Under the pieces are notes generated by a model. The model had not been told where the DNA came from, made no database searches, and was given only the letters and a program-made list of their open reading frames with translations. Positions 7,827 through 21,115 of a DNA stretch of 64,000 nt are shown here, one piece after another (the stretch's first letter is position 1; each line of letters starts with the position of its first letter). A program made the translations under genes and the position numbers. The stretch comes from an uncultured delta proteobacterium (lineage in GTDB: Bacteria > Desulfobacterota > Binatia > Binatales > Binataceae): NCBI GenBank assembly GCA_963734845.1, contig CAVTIS010000004.1:158364-222363 (forward strand), given 5' to 3'.

Positions 7827-9059
7827 TTATTGGTTTTCGACCAGCACCTGGTGGCCGTTGGCGGCAAGCGCTTCGCGGAGGCGCTCGATATGCTCGTGCC
7901 CGCGCGTCTCGAGCTCCAGCGTTACGCGCGCGCCGCCGATTCGGACGTCACGCCGCGTGCGATCGTGCTGAATCGCGTGCACGTTGGCGCCCTGCTCGGT
8001 GATCACCGCGAGCAGCCGCGCCAACTCGCCCGGCCGATCCCGCATCTCCACGGTCAGGCGCATCAGCCGCCCCGCCTTCGCGAGTCCATGGCCGATGATC
8101 CGGTCGAGCAGATTGACGTCGATATTGCCGCCGCTCACCACGATTACCACCCGCCGCCCGGCAATCGCGCCGCCGAGCTTCAGTGCGCCCGCTAGCGCCG
8201 CCGCGCCCGCGCCCTCGGTCAGCAGCTTCATTCGCTCGAGCATCAGCAGCACTGCCTCGCCAATCTCGAAGTCATCGACCGTCACCACACGGTCGAGGCG
8301 GCTGCGCACGATCTCGAAGGGCAGGCGCCCGAGGCGTCCGGTGGCGAGGCCGTCGGCGATAGTGTCCACCGCGGTCGGCACGGTGGAAGGCGCGCCCTGG
8401 CCGAGGCTGAGGCTCAGTTGCGCGGAGCCTGCCGCCTCGACGCCGATTAATTTCGCGCGCGGGGCGCGCGCGGCGAGCGCGAGCGCGATGCCGGCAAGAA
8501 GGCCGCCGCCGCCCACCGGCACCAGCACGAAGTCGGGCGCGAACTCGTCGGCGATCTCCAGGCCAACCGTGCCCTGACCGGCAATCACGAACGGATCGTC
8601 GTAGGCGTCGACGAACAGCGCGCCGGTGCGCGCACAAACTTCGCGGGCGGCGCGGCGCGCCTCGAGGTAGTCGATGCCGGCGAGCTCGACCCTCTGGCCA
8701 TAGCTCCGCGTGGCGTCGATTTTGGCGATCGCGGCCGTCGTCGGCATCACGATCGTCGCGCACACGCCGGCGCGCGACGCGGCACAGGCGAGAGCCTGCC
8801 CATGATTGCCGGCCGACGCCGCTACCGCGCCCCGCGCGGCCTCGGCGGGCGCCAGCGCCGCGACCCGGTTGTACGCGCCGCGAATCTTGAACGAGCCGGT
8901 CTTCTGCAGGTTCTCGGGCTTGAGGTAGACCTCCGCCGCGAGCATCTGCGAAAGCGTCGCGCTATGGATGAGCGGAGTCGGCTTGACGATTCCCGCCAGC
9001 CGCCCGCGCGCAAGCTCGAGATCTTCGATGGTGACGCTTTCGGGAATCGTCGCGCTCAT
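7827..9059 (-). CDS. ilvA: threonine ammonia-lyase (PLP-dependent, with C-terminal ACT-like regulatory domain)
   Basis: PLP lysine motif SFKIRGAYN, glycine-rich VPVGGGGLLAGI, about 80-aa C-terminal regulatory domain. Confidence 0.85.
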   Translation of the reverse strand: MSATIPESVTIEDLELARGRLAGIVKPTPLIHSATLSQMLAAEVYLKPENLQKTGSFKIRGAYNRVAALAPAEAARGAVAASAGNHGQALACAASRAGVCATIVMPTTAAIAKIDATRSYGQRVELAGIDYLEARRAAREVCARTGALFVDAYDDPFVIAGQGTVGLEIADEFAPDFVLVPVGGGGLLAGIALALAARAPRAKLIGVEAAGSAQLSLSLGQGAPSTVPTAVDTIADGLATGRLGRLPFEIVRSRLDRVVTVDDFEIGEAVLLMLERMKLLTEGAGAAALAGALKLGGAIAGRRVVIVVSGGNIDVNLLDRIIGHGLAKAGRLMRLTVEMRDRPGELARLLAVITEQGANVHAIQHDRTRRDVRIGGARVTLELETRGHEHIERLREALAANGHQVLVENQ

Positions 9060-9092
9060 TTTTTTGGCATCTGCGGCGCCGGCGGACGCGGG

Positions 9093-9445
9093 TCAATGTT
9101 GATGCTGATGCGGAGTGAAGCGGCGCTCGCGCGAGGCGCCGAAGGAGTTGCCCTCGAACTCGACCTGGACGCATTGGCCGCTACGCCAATCGAGATCGAG
9201 CAGCAGAAACCGGACCGCGCGCCGCTTGACCGCCTCAACGAGCGAGGCCACCTGGGCCGGATCGGCGGGGTCGATCGCTCCGGTCTCGGCGGCGTCGAGG
9301 TGGCTCGCGGCGACGAACTCGCGCGCGCGCTCGTCGCTCGAAAATCCGAGCACCCCGGCCCAGTGCGTACCCTCTTCCTGGTAGACAATCAGCGCGCCCG
9401 AGGAATCGAGCAGCAGATGCAGTTCCTTTGCGGCGAGCGCGCTCA
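9093..9445 (-). CDS. hypothetical protein (about 117 aa)
   Basis: only the C-terminal about 117 aa of track ORF 9093..9818 looks protein-like (LLLDSSGALIVYQEEGTHWAGVLGFSSDERAREF...); probable TTG start overlapping the stop of the upstream gene. Confidence 0.4.
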
Positions 9446-9784
9446 AGCCGCCTCGATCCTGAGCCGGCCTGCGCGCAGCGCCTCGGCGCGCTCGTGCACC
9501 AGCGCGGGGTAGGTGTAGTAGTGGTCGCCGCTCAGGCGCAGGAACGATGCGACATCGACGTCGTCCAGGCGCATCTCGGCGATTTTCGCCTCGGCCGCGT
9601 CGCGGCTCGGAGCTTTCAGGATGGTGTCGTAAATGGTGCGCGCCTGCTCGGCAAGAAAGTCTTCGCGAGGCGGCATCGCCGCGGGCGGAAGCTTGCCGGC
9701 GTGGAAGTTGTCGAGGATATAGCGCAGCGCCTTGAGTTCGTGGCGCAACACGTCGATTCGCTTCAAAGTCTTGTCGGGCATCAC
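9443..9784 (-). CDS. hypothetical protein (113 aa)
   Basis: ORF MMPDKTLKRIDVLRHELKALRYIL... with balanced composition, in a different frame from the Arg-rich extension of the 9093 ORF. Confidence 0.45.
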   Translation of the reverse strand: MMPDKTLKRIDVLRHELKALRYILDNFHAGKLPPAAMPPREDFLAEQARTIYDTILKAPSRDAAEAKIAEMRLDDVDVASFLRLSGDHYYTYPALVHERAEALRAGRLRIEAA

Positions 9785-9843
9785 TCAGAAGCTTATCGCC
9801 GCCGCGCGGGTCGTTCAAACGCGGGGACGAGGCAGCTTTGGAG

Positions 9844-10674
9844 CTAGCTTCGAGTCAGGCGATGGACCATCCCGAGATGGCGCAGCGCCTCGCGCTTACG
9901 GCCCATCGATTCGTACAATTCGGCTAGGTTGCGATGCGCCGCGAGCGAGAGTGGGTCGCATTCCGAGGCGCGCACGAAACTCCCGAGCGCATTTTGCAGA
10001 TCCTCGCGGCGGCGGTAGAGCAGGCCCAGGCGGATGTACACGTCCGCGTTGGTGGGAACGATCGCCGCGGCCCCCAGCAGCGCGCGCAGCGCGCCAGCGA
10101 GGTCGCCCTCGCGTTCGAGCAGGCTGGCGAGATCGATATGGGCCTCGAAATTTCCCGGCTCGCGTCCCAGCAGTTCGCTGTAAAGAGTCAGCGCGCGCAA
10201 CGGATCGCTCTCAGCCAGCCGGCGCGCTTCCTCGAAGCGTTCGCGCACGCGGGCCGGGCCGAAGCGCTCTTCGACCTTGCCCGGCGCGGGCGGCGCCTCG
10301 AAGTTGAGCAGGAGCTGGCCGGTCATCGCCTCGACCATCACGCTGCCGTCGCGCACCACGATCTGGCCCTCGTGGTTGGCCAGCCTGAGCGAGGTCACCG
10401 ACCGCGCCGGTCCGAACATCCCGCGCACCCGCTCAAAACATCGGCGCACCGGGTCCAGATGATGACGCGTGGGGAGCAATTCCTTGGCCAAGCGCATCAC
10501 CAGCAGATCGTCGAAGCCGAAACGCATCTGGCGCCCGCCCTTGAGCGGCCGCACCAGCGAGCGTTTGACCCAATAGCGAATCCGGTCGGGCGAGATGGCG
10601 AGAATCCGCGCCGCCGCACGCGTCGAAAAAGTGTGCGCGCGCCTCACCGCCGCATCGTCCAGCGTCCCCACCAC
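9844..10674 (-). CDS. transcriptional regulator: MerR-type HTH N-domain fused to TPR repeats
   Basis: N-terminal FSTRAAARILAISPDRIRYWVKRSLV (MerR-like HTH); C-terminal TPR-like repeats (ALTLYSELLGREPGNFEAHIDLASLLEREGDLAGAL...). Confidence 0.65.
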   Translation of the reverse strand: MVGTLDDAAVRRAHTFSTRAAARILAISPDRIRYWVKRSLVRPLKGGRQMRFGFDDLLVMRLAKELLPTRHHLDPVRRCFERVRGMFGPARSVTSLRLANHEGQIVVRDGSVMVEAMTGQLLLNFEAPPAPGKVEERFGPARVRERFEEARRLAESDPLRALTLYSELLGREPGNFEAHIDLASLLEREGDLAGALRALLGAAAIVPTNADVYIRLGLLYRRREDLQNALGSFVRASECDPLSLAAHRNLAELYESMGRKREALRHLGMVHRLTRS

Positions 10675-10832
10675 GGGCCGAGTATAAAAACTAGTCTAGG
10701 GCGTCTCAACGCCCGTGACTGCGATCTTTAAACAGCGCCCTGTTGAGAGGCTGTCGGCAGAACTGTGGCAGGAACTGTGCTCTGGACCGGGGCAGCTCAC
10801 GTTCGCGAGCTGCTGCGCTCCCGATGCGCGGG

Positions 10833-11246
10833 CTATTCGCCGATATCCTTGAGCGTGCGCACCATCCGCACCGCGGCCTCGACCGCATTGCGCGCGTTGT
10901 CGATCCGGTCGAAGGCCTGTTCGCGGGTCATCCCGGGCCCGGTCATCCCGAGTGCGACCGGCTTGTCGAACTGCAGTGCCAGGTCGGCGGCGGCGCGCGC
11001 GGCGGCATGCGCAACGACCTCGTCGTGACCGGTGTCGCCCTTGATTACGGTGCCGATTATGACCACCGCGTCGACGTCCTTGCGGCGCACCAGTTTTTTT
11101 ATCGCCGGGCCCATGTCGAACACGCCCGGGACGTGGACCACGTGGCTAACCTCGACCCCCAGAAAGGCGGCGTGGCGCCGCGCCCGCTCCTCCATCGCGG
11201 AGGTTACGTCAAAGTTGAACTCCGACACTACCATCGCGATTTTCAC
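10833..11246 (-). CDS. ribH: 6,7-dimethyl-8-ribityllumazine synthase (short type)
   Basis: [45 protein letters not shown] match the lumazine synthase core; start overlaps the hisF stop. Confidence 0.7.
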   Translation of the reverse strand: MKIAMVVSEFNFDVTSAMEERARRHAAFLGVEVSHVVHVPGVFDMGPAIKKLVRRKDVDAVVIIGTVIKGDTGHDEVVAHAAARAAADLALQFDKPVALGMTGPGMTREQAFDRIDNARNAVEAAVRMVRTLKDIGE

Positions 11247-12064
11247 GTGCCGCTCCTCTCCATTTCTTCTTTATCGCGGAAGTCCAGGTGGATCGCTTCG
11301 CGAATCTCGACACCGCTCGCGCGCAAGTAGCGCTTGAGGTCGGGAATCGTACATTCGCCGTAATGGACGATCGAGGCAACGATGGCGGCGTCGGCGCCGC
11401 CCGCGGTAAACGCGTCTAGCAGATGGCGCGGCTCGCCCGCGCCGCCCGAAGCGATCACCGGGATTCCCACCCCGTCCGCGATCATTCGGGTTATTTCGAG
11501 ATCGTAGCCGGCCTTGGTGCCGTCGGCGTCGATCGAGTTGATACACAGTTCGCCGGCGCCCAGACGCTCGCCCTCGCGCGCCCATGCAAACGCGTCACGC
11601 CCGGTCGGCGTTCGTCCGCCGTCGATAATGACCTCGTGGCCCGAGGGCAGCCCGGTTCGCCCGGTGCGCTTGACCTGCATCGAAAGCACCACGCATTGGC
11701 TGCCAAAGGCGCGCGCGCCGGCCGCAATCAGGCCCGGATCGCGCACCGCGCCCGAGTCGATCGAAACCTTCTCAGCGCCCGCCAGCAGCACCGCGCGCAT
11801 GTCCTCGAGCGTGCGCAAGCCGCCGCCGACGCTGAACGGAATGAAAATCTCGCGGGCCACCGCGCGCACCACGTCGATCATGATCCCGCGCTGCTCGTTG
11901 GAGGCCGTGATGTCGTAGAAGACCAGCTCGTCGGCGCCCTGCTCGTAATAGTAACGCGCCATCGCGACCGGGTCGCCGACGTCGGCGTTGTCGAGGAACT
12001 GGACGCCCTTGGTGACCTTGCCTGCGCGCACGTCGAGGCAGGGGATGATGCGTTTGGCGATCAC
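11243..12064 (-). CDS. hisF: imidazole glycerol phosphate synthase cyclase subunit
   Basis: [22 protein letters not shown] and [11 protein letters not shown] motifs; probable GTG start just downstream of the hisH stop. Confidence 0.9.
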   Translation of the reverse strand: MIAKRIIPCLDVRAGKVTKGVQFLDNADVGDPVAMARYYYEQGADELVFYDITASNEQRGIMIDVVRAVAREIFIPFSVGGGLRTLEDMRAVLLAGAEKVSIDSGAVRDPGLIAAGARAFGSQCVVLSMQVKRTGRTGLPSGHEVIIDGGRTPTGRDAFAWAREGERLGAGELCINSIDADGTKAGYDLEITRMIADGVGIPVIASGGAGEPRHLLDAFTAGGADAAIVASIVHYGECTIPDLKRYLRASGVEIREAIHLDFRDKEEMERSGT

Positions 12065-12069
12065 GGCCG

Positions 12070-12690
12070 TCAGATCTTCATGCGGCAGAAGTTGTCGAGC
12101 AAGCGGAGTCCCGCGGCGCCGCTTTTTTCGAGATGGAACTGGGTGGCGATAACATTGTCGCGTGCGATCGCGGCGCAAAACGGCACGCCGTGGTCGCTGG
12201 TCGCGATCACCAGCGCCGGATCCTCAGGGATCGGATAGTAGGAGTTGACGAAATAGAAATGAGTATTGTCGGGGACGCCACGAAAGATCTTATGGGGCCG
12301 CGTCTGGCGCACGCGGTTCCATCCGATCTGCGGAACCTTCAGCGGACGGCCGTCTAAAGCTGCCGGAAAGCGCACCACGCGGCCCGCGACAATTCCGAGG
12401 CAACTCGCTTCGTCCTCCTCGCTCCGATCCAGCAGCACCTGAATCCCAATGCAGATGCCGAGGAACGGTTTGCCGGCGCGGACAACGTCGTCGCGCAGCA
12501 CCTGGTCGAGTCCTAGCGCGTGCAGGTTTTCCATCGTAGCGCCCGCCGCGCCGACTCCGGGCAGGATAGCGCGGTCGGCGGCGCGCACGCGCTCGGGGCG
12601 GTCGGTTACCTCGCAGGGATGGCCGAGATGCTCTAGCGCCCGTGCGACGCTGGTGAGATTTCCCGCCTTGTAATCGACTATTGCGATCAT
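12070..12690 (-). CDS. hisH: imidazole glycerol phosphate synthase glutamine amidotransferase subunit
   Basis: [23 protein letters not shown] start, class-I GATase core GICIGIQ. Confidence 0.9.
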   Translation of the reverse strand: MIAIVDYKAGNLTSVARALEHLGHPCEVTDRPERVRAADRAILPGVGAAGATMENLHALGLDQVLRDDVVRAGKPFLGICIGIQVLLDRSEEDEASCLGIVAGRVVRFPAALDGRPLKVPQIGWNRVRQTRPHKIFRGVPDNTHFYFVNSYYPIPEDPALVIATSDHGVPFCAAIARDNVIATQFHLEKSGAAGLRLLDNFCRMKI

Positions 12691-12841
12691 CGCGTAACAG
12701 GATCGTGCAGCTAAAAGGATTGCGCGACCCGGGTAAGCATCTTAGCCTGAGCGCCCGGCCCGCGCGACACCGCTTTCCCGGCGACTCACCGGACATCCGC
12801 GAGGCTTCCAAAGCCATTGCGACGCCCGTTCCTGCCTGCGC

Positions 12842-14338
12842 CTAGCCGCGGCGCAGTGCGCGGCCGGGGCGGGCCTTAGTATGGCGGCCGTTTGCGACCA
12901 CGGCGACGCCGTTGACGAAGACGTACGCGATACCAGCCGGATAGCGCTTGGGATCGTTGAAAGTCCCGGTGTCGATTACCGTCACCGGATCGAAGATGAC
13001 CAGGTCGGCAGAGGCTCCGGCGCGCAGCACGCCGCGGTCAGAGAGGCCGAACTTTTGCGCGGGCATCCCGGTCATCCGATACACCGCGTCTTCCATCGTG
13101 AGCAAGCCGAGTTCTCGCGCGTAATGGCCGAGCACGCGGGCAAAGGTCCCGTAAAGGCGCGGATGAGGCTTGCCCCCCAGCGGAATTCCATCCGAGCCGA
13201 TCATGGTCGTGGGATGCCGCATTACGGTTTGCACGTCGCCCTCGTCCATCATGTCGAGGATCGCGATCGCGCGATGCTGCTCGTCGGTGTCCACCTTGCG
13301 CGCCGCGTCTTCGGGCGAAAGATCGAGCTGCGAGGCGAGTTCCGCGATCGTGTGGCCCTCGTATTCCGGATGAAGCGGCGCGGACGCGATCAACACGCGT
13401 TCGGGCTCGACCCGCGCGATTCCGCCGCGGTCGCCTTGCGGGTTGAAGGCGTTGTTGTGCAGCACCGCCGCCAGCATCGTGCTGCCCGAGGTGTATGGAT
13501 ACTGATCCGCGGTCACATCGAGGCCTTCTGCGCGCGCCTCTTCGATAAGTTTGATCGATTCCCGCACCCGGCCCCAGTTTCTCTTCCCCGCGGCCTTATG
13601 ATGCGAGATCTGCACGCGCACGCCGGATTCTCGGCCGATGCGAATCGCCTCGCGTACGGCGTCAAGCAGGCCCGAAGCTTCGTTGCGCATGTGAGTCGCG
13701 TAGACTCCGCCCGCCGCGGCCACGTCGAGCGCAAGCTCGATGACCTCTTCGGTTGCACAGTGGCGGCCCGGTTCATAGATGAGGCCGGTGGAGAGGCCGA
13801 CCGCGCCGGCTTCGAGCCCCTCGTGCACGAGCTCGCGCATCGCGCGCTGCTCGTCCTGCGTCGGCGCGCGGCGCGCCATCCCCATCACGGCCGCGCGGAT
13901 CGTGTTGTGTCCGACCAGCATCGCGACGTTGAGGCTCGGCGGTGCGCTTTCGACCATTTCGAGGTAGCCGCGATGGCCTTTCCACCCAGGCATCGCCGCC
14001 TCGCCGAAGAAAGTGCCGAAGTGTTCGCGCACTGCCGCGTAGGGCGCCGCGCCCATCCCGCAGTTGCCAACCACTTCCGTGGTGACACCCTGCATCAGCT
14101 TGAAGTCCATCGTCGGCATGGTCAGCACGGCGAAGTCGTCGTGACTGTGGACGTCGATGAAGCCGGGTGCGAGCGCGAGGCCGCCTGCGTCGATTTCGAG
14201 CGCCGCTGCGCCCTGGACCTCGCCGACTGCCGCGATCCGATCGCCGCGCACCGCGAGGCTGCCGACGAACGGCGTAGCACCGGTGCCGTCGAAGATGTTC
14301 GCGCCGCGAATCACGATGTCCCAGCGGTCGCTGCTCAT
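12842..14338 (-). CDS. N-acyl-D-amino-acid deacylase (D-aminoacylase), amidohydrolase family
   Basis: IRGANIFDGTG...GFIDVHSHDD and overall about 500-aa amidohydrolase-3 layout. Confidence 0.75.
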   Translation of the reverse strand: MSSDRWDIVIRGANIFDGTGATPFVGSLAVRGDRIAAVGEVQGAAALEIDAGGLALAPGFIDVHSHDDFAVLTMPTMDFKLMQGVTTEVVGNCGMGAAPYAAVREHFGTFFGEAAMPGWKGHRGYLEMVESAPPSLNVAMLVGHNTIRAAVMGMARRAPTQDEQRAMRELVHEGLEAGAVGLSTGLIYEPGRHCATEEVIELALDVAAAGGVYATHMRNEASGLLDAVREAIRIGRESGVRVQISHHKAAGKRNWGRVRESIKLIEEARAEGLDVTADQYPYTSGSTMLAAVLHNNAFNPQGDRGGIARVEPERVLIASAPLHPEYEGHTIAELASQLDLSPEDAARKVDTDEQHRAIAILDMMDEGDVQTVMRHPTTMIGSDGIPLGGKPHPRLYGTFARVLGHYARELGLLTMEDAVYRMTGMPAQKFGLSDRGVLRAGASADLVIFDPVTVIDTGTFNDPKRYPAGIAYVFVNGVAVVANGRHTKARPGRALRRG

Positions 14339-14345
14339 ATCAAAG

Positions 14346-15476
14346 TCACGCGCGGGCGATGCGCGCCGGTGATACCGCCGATTCGGTCACGCCCTCCTCC
14401 GCGAGGTCGGGGGGAACCGCGCGCCTAAGCGCGAGGCTAGCGGTCAGCCGTCCCATCGACGGCGAAGTCTCGATTCCATAGCCGCCCTGGCCGGCCAGCC
14501 AGAAAAATCCCTCCACGCGCGGGTCGTAACCGACCACCGGGCATCCGTCGGCGACGAACGAACGCAGGCCCGCCCACTTGCGGTTGACATGCGCGACCGG
14601 AATTCGCGCCGCACGCTGAATCCGATCGACGGCGAGTGCGACGTCGAAGTCGTCGGGCTGCACGTCGCACGGCTCCATCGGTGTCTGGTCGGCCGGCGAG
14701 CCGAGGAACTTGCCCGCGTCGGGTTTGAAATAGAATTCCTCGCCGACATCGATCACCGAGGGCCATTTCGCGATCTCGGCGGCCGGCGGCGGATCGAAAA
14801 TAAACGCGGTGCGCCGCTTCGGCACCAGGCCAATCGGCGCCGCCGACGCCATCGCACCCACCACGTCGCACCACGCGCCCGCCGCGTTGACCACGACCGG
14901 CGCGGCGAAATCACCAGCCGTTGTCCGCGCGATCCATGCATCAACGTTGCGCTCGAGGCCCAGGAGTTCGGCGCCGGTTACCAGCTTCCCGCCGCGCCCG
15001 CGCATCCCGCGGATGAACCCCCAGTGGATTGCGTGCACGTCCATGTCCATCGCCTCGGGATCGAGCACAGCGCCGGCGACGTACTCCTCTCTGAGCAGCG
15101 GCACGAGTGTGCACGCCTGGGTGGCGTCGAGACGGCGGACGCCGGCGATGTGGCGTGAGGATTGCGCGAAATTCTGCTCGAGCAGGGCGGACTGGTCGGA
15201 ACGCCCGATTAGAAGCATCCCGCGCTCGGTCAACAACGGATGCTCGGCGAATCCGGTCGGGGGGTTGAGGAAAAAGTCTTTCGCGGCCCGGCTGAGCGCG
15301 CGAATCACCGAAGGGCCGTGGGTCTGGACGAAGAGTGCCGCCGAGCGGCCGGTCGTATGGTAGCCGGGCTGACTTTCGCGCTCGAGCACCAGCACTCGTG
15401 CGTGCGCCGCCAGTTCATAGGCGGCCGAGGCGCCTGCGATACCGCCGCCCACGATTATGAAATCGTAAGTGTCCAT
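14346..15476 (-). CDS. FAD-dependent oxidoreductase (DadA/glycine oxidase-like)
   Basis: N-terminal dinucleotide fold DFIIVGGGIAGASAAYELA; stop 8 nt before the D-aminoacylase start. Confidence 0.75.
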   Translation of the reverse strand: MDTYDFIIVGGGIAGASAAYELAAHARVLVLERESQPGYHTTGRSAALFVQTHGPSVIRALSRAAKDFFLNPPTGFAEHPLLTERGMLLIGRSDQSALLEQNFAQSSRHIAGVRRLDATQACTLVPLLREEYVAGAVLDPEAMDMDVHAIHWGFIRGMRGRGGKLVTGAELLGLERNVDAWIARTTAGDFAAPVVVNAAGAWCDVVGAMASAAPIGLVPKRRTAFIFDPPPAAEIAKWPSVIDVGEEFYFKPDAGKFLGSPADQTPMEPCDVQPDDFDVALAVDRIQRAARIPVAHVNRKWAGLRSFVADGCPVVGYDPRVEGFFWLAGQGGYGIETSPSMGRLTASLALRRAVPPDLAEEGVTESAVSPARIARA

Positions 15477-15611
15477 CTCATACTTATTATCTTGGCGCTC
15501 GTTCTCTTATCGCGCCGGCCATCGCGAGAGATCAAGCCGGTTGCCAAGCGGAGAAGGTTCCGGCTAACGATTCATCGGACGACTCAAAACCTGGAAAGGA
15601 CGTGATACGCG

Positions 15612-16550
15612 ATGGCGAAGACCGCGCTTGCATTCTCGCTGATGCCCGATAGCCCGATCGAAAAGGTCGTTGAGTGGACCAAAGACGCGGAGGAGATGGG
15701 ATTCGCGGCGGCTTTTATGACCGAGGCGAACAACGATTCGCTCGCCTGCTCGCTGGCGCTCGGGATGCGGACGCAGCGTATCGGGCTCGGCACCGCAATT
15801 ACCAACATCTACCTGCGTCATCCGGCGCTGCTGGCCAACGAGGCCGCGACCGTGCATCAGTTGACTGGCGGACGCTTCATCCTGGGCCTCGGCACCGGCC
15901 ACGGCGAGGGCAACTCGCGCCTGGGGATCGAGATGGGGCAGCCGATGGCGAAGATGCGCGAGACCGTTGCGACGCTGCGCAAGATGCTCGAAGGCGGCGG
16001 CAGCGGACCGAAAATAAGCGGCAAGCTGCCGCTTTACCTGGCGGGTGTGTCGCGGCCGATGGTGCGGATGGCGGGCGAGATCGCCGACGGAGTGATTTTC
16101 AATTTTTTTCCGCCCGCCCGCGTGCGCGAGGCGCTGGGCGAAATCGCTGAGGGCGCCCGCGCGGCCGGGCGGGACCCGGCCGCGGTCGAGCCGACGCTGT
16201 TCGCGACCGCGTTCATCGCGAACGACCTGGAGGCGGCGCGCCGTCCGGCGCGCACGCTGCTCTCGCGTTACGGAGCGTTGCGGTTTTACGGCAACATGAT
16301 GGCTAAGGCGGGGTTCGAGCGCGAGATTGCGGCGATTCGCGCGGCGCGCGGCGACGCCGCGCTGGCGCTCGCCGCAGTGAGCGACGCGATGATCGACGCG
16401 ACGCTGCTGGTCGGATCCGAGGAGCGGGTGCGCGAGCGGCTCGCCGAGCTATGCGCGCCGGGAATCGGCACGGCGATCGTGTTCGTCAATCCGGTCAACG
16501 AACCGCGCGAGGCCGCGGTTCGCCGGCTGATGCGCGCGCTGCGCCCCTAG
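15612..16550 (+). CDS. LLM-class (luciferase-like) flavin/F420-dependent oxidoreductase
   Basis: FAAAFMTEANNDSLACSLALG...GGRFILGLGTGH typical of luciferase-like monooxygenases. Confidence 0.75.
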   Translation: MAKTALAFSLMPDSPIEKVVEWTKDAEEMGFAAAFMTEANNDSLACSLALGMRTQRIGLGTAITNIYLRHPALLANEAATVHQLTGGRFILGLGTGHGEGNSRLGIEMGQPMAKMRETVATLRKMLEGGGSGPKISGKLPLYLAGVSRPMVRMAGEIADGVIFNFFPPARVREALGEIAEGARAAGRDPAAVEPTLFATAFIANDLEAARRPARTLLSRYGALRFYGNMMAKAGFEREIAAIRAARGDAALALAAVSDAMIDATLLVGSEERVRERLAELCAPGIGTAIVFVNPVNEPREAAVRRLMRALRP

Positions 16551-16592
16551 GGGGGGCCACAACGCGCGCAGCAATCAGGCTTGGCGCATGGG

Positions 16593-17348
16593 TTACGCCG
16601 GCGGCGCCGGCGTGGCCTCGCCGCCCGGCGGCTTCAGCATGCCGAAGAATCCGCGGATACGGTTGTAGTTCACGCCGAAGTCGCCGGTGCCGTCGCGCGA
16701 GCGCGAGCGCATCTCGACCAGGCTGCTGTTAGGGTCAGGCCCCGGACGCACCTGGATCACGAAATCGTCGCGAAAGCGGAACAGGTTGGAGGTCTCGACG
16801 CCCTCGATCGTGCGCGTCGCCGGATCGGTGAAAACGATCAGCCATCCCGGCATCGTGTTCGCCGCGGCCCGCACCTTGAGCAACGCGTCGTCGGGCTTCT
16901 CGTCGAGCCGCAGCGGATCGAGCTTCGGGTAGTCCTTGCTTTGTACCGGCTCGAACTTGGCGCGGTCGTACTTCATCGAGTCGGGTGACAAGTTCGGTGG
17001 TTTGACGAACTCCGGCGGATTTTCGTAGTCCGTGGTGATGTCGTTGATCTCCGGATAGGGCATCGACATCCAACGCCACATCGTGAATCCGACCGGCACG
17101 GCGATCAGCAAGCCGAGCACCAAACCGGCGATAGCCTTGGGCCTTCCGACCCTGCGCTCGGGCGCAGAGGTGCGCAGCAGGCCGATTAGTCCGAACAGCA
17201 GCGCCAGGACCGCGAGTGCGAAGCTGAGCAGAAACGCCAGGAAGCCGGTCATCGGCGGGACCATGCCAAGATGCGCGCCCACGACGCCAATTCCCACCAG
17301 CAGCAGGGCGAGTATCGCGTTCATGATGGAGAGCCAGGCAGTGATCAT
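16593..17348 (-). CDS. DUF1499-domain membrane protein
   Basis: N-terminal TM helices; C-terminal DFVIQVRPGPDPNSSLVEMRSRSRDGTGDFGVNYNRIRGF resembles DUF1499. Confidence 0.5.
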   Translation of the reverse strand: MITAWLSIMNAILALLLVGIGVVGAHLGMVPPMTGFLAFLLSFALAVLALLFGLIGLLRTSAPERRVGRPKAIAGLVLGLLIAVPVGFTMWRWMSMPYPEINDITTDYENPPEFVKPPNLSPDSMKYDRAKFEPVQSKDYPKLDPLRLDEKPDDALLKVRAAANTMPGWLIVFTDPATRTIEGVETSNLFRFRDDFVIQVRPGPDPNSSLVEMRSRSRDGTGDFGVNYNRIRGFFGMLKPPGGEATPAPPA

Positions 17349-17534
17349 CCTCGTTTCTCCTTGGCTGGGCGGCGCCGTGGGCCACCAAGCGACGAACTGT
17401 GCCAGCAAAGCGATCCGTTACAGCAGTTAAGGCCTAAATACAAAACCCGCCATATCGCGGCATGCGAAATTGCTCGTCACGCCGCGCTCGGATAGGCTTG
17501 AGGGCCGAGGCCATCCGGGCCTGTTCTCTTAAGC

Positions 17535-21077
<3,543 letters not shown>

Positions 21078-21115
21078 CTCTTTTTCCAGACTAATCGCGG
21101 AAGCGGTGACGCGCG

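Noticed and set aside
10695-10716. Small hairpin GGGCGT-CTCA-ACGCCC downstream of ribH
   Set aside because: Short (6-bp) stem without a U-tract; it lies in the intergenic region just upstream of the MerR-TPR start; too weak to call a terminator.
12881-14428. 515-aa plus-strand ORF antisense to the D-aminoacylase gene
   Set aside because: No motifs; the opposite strand carries clear amidohydrolase signatures.
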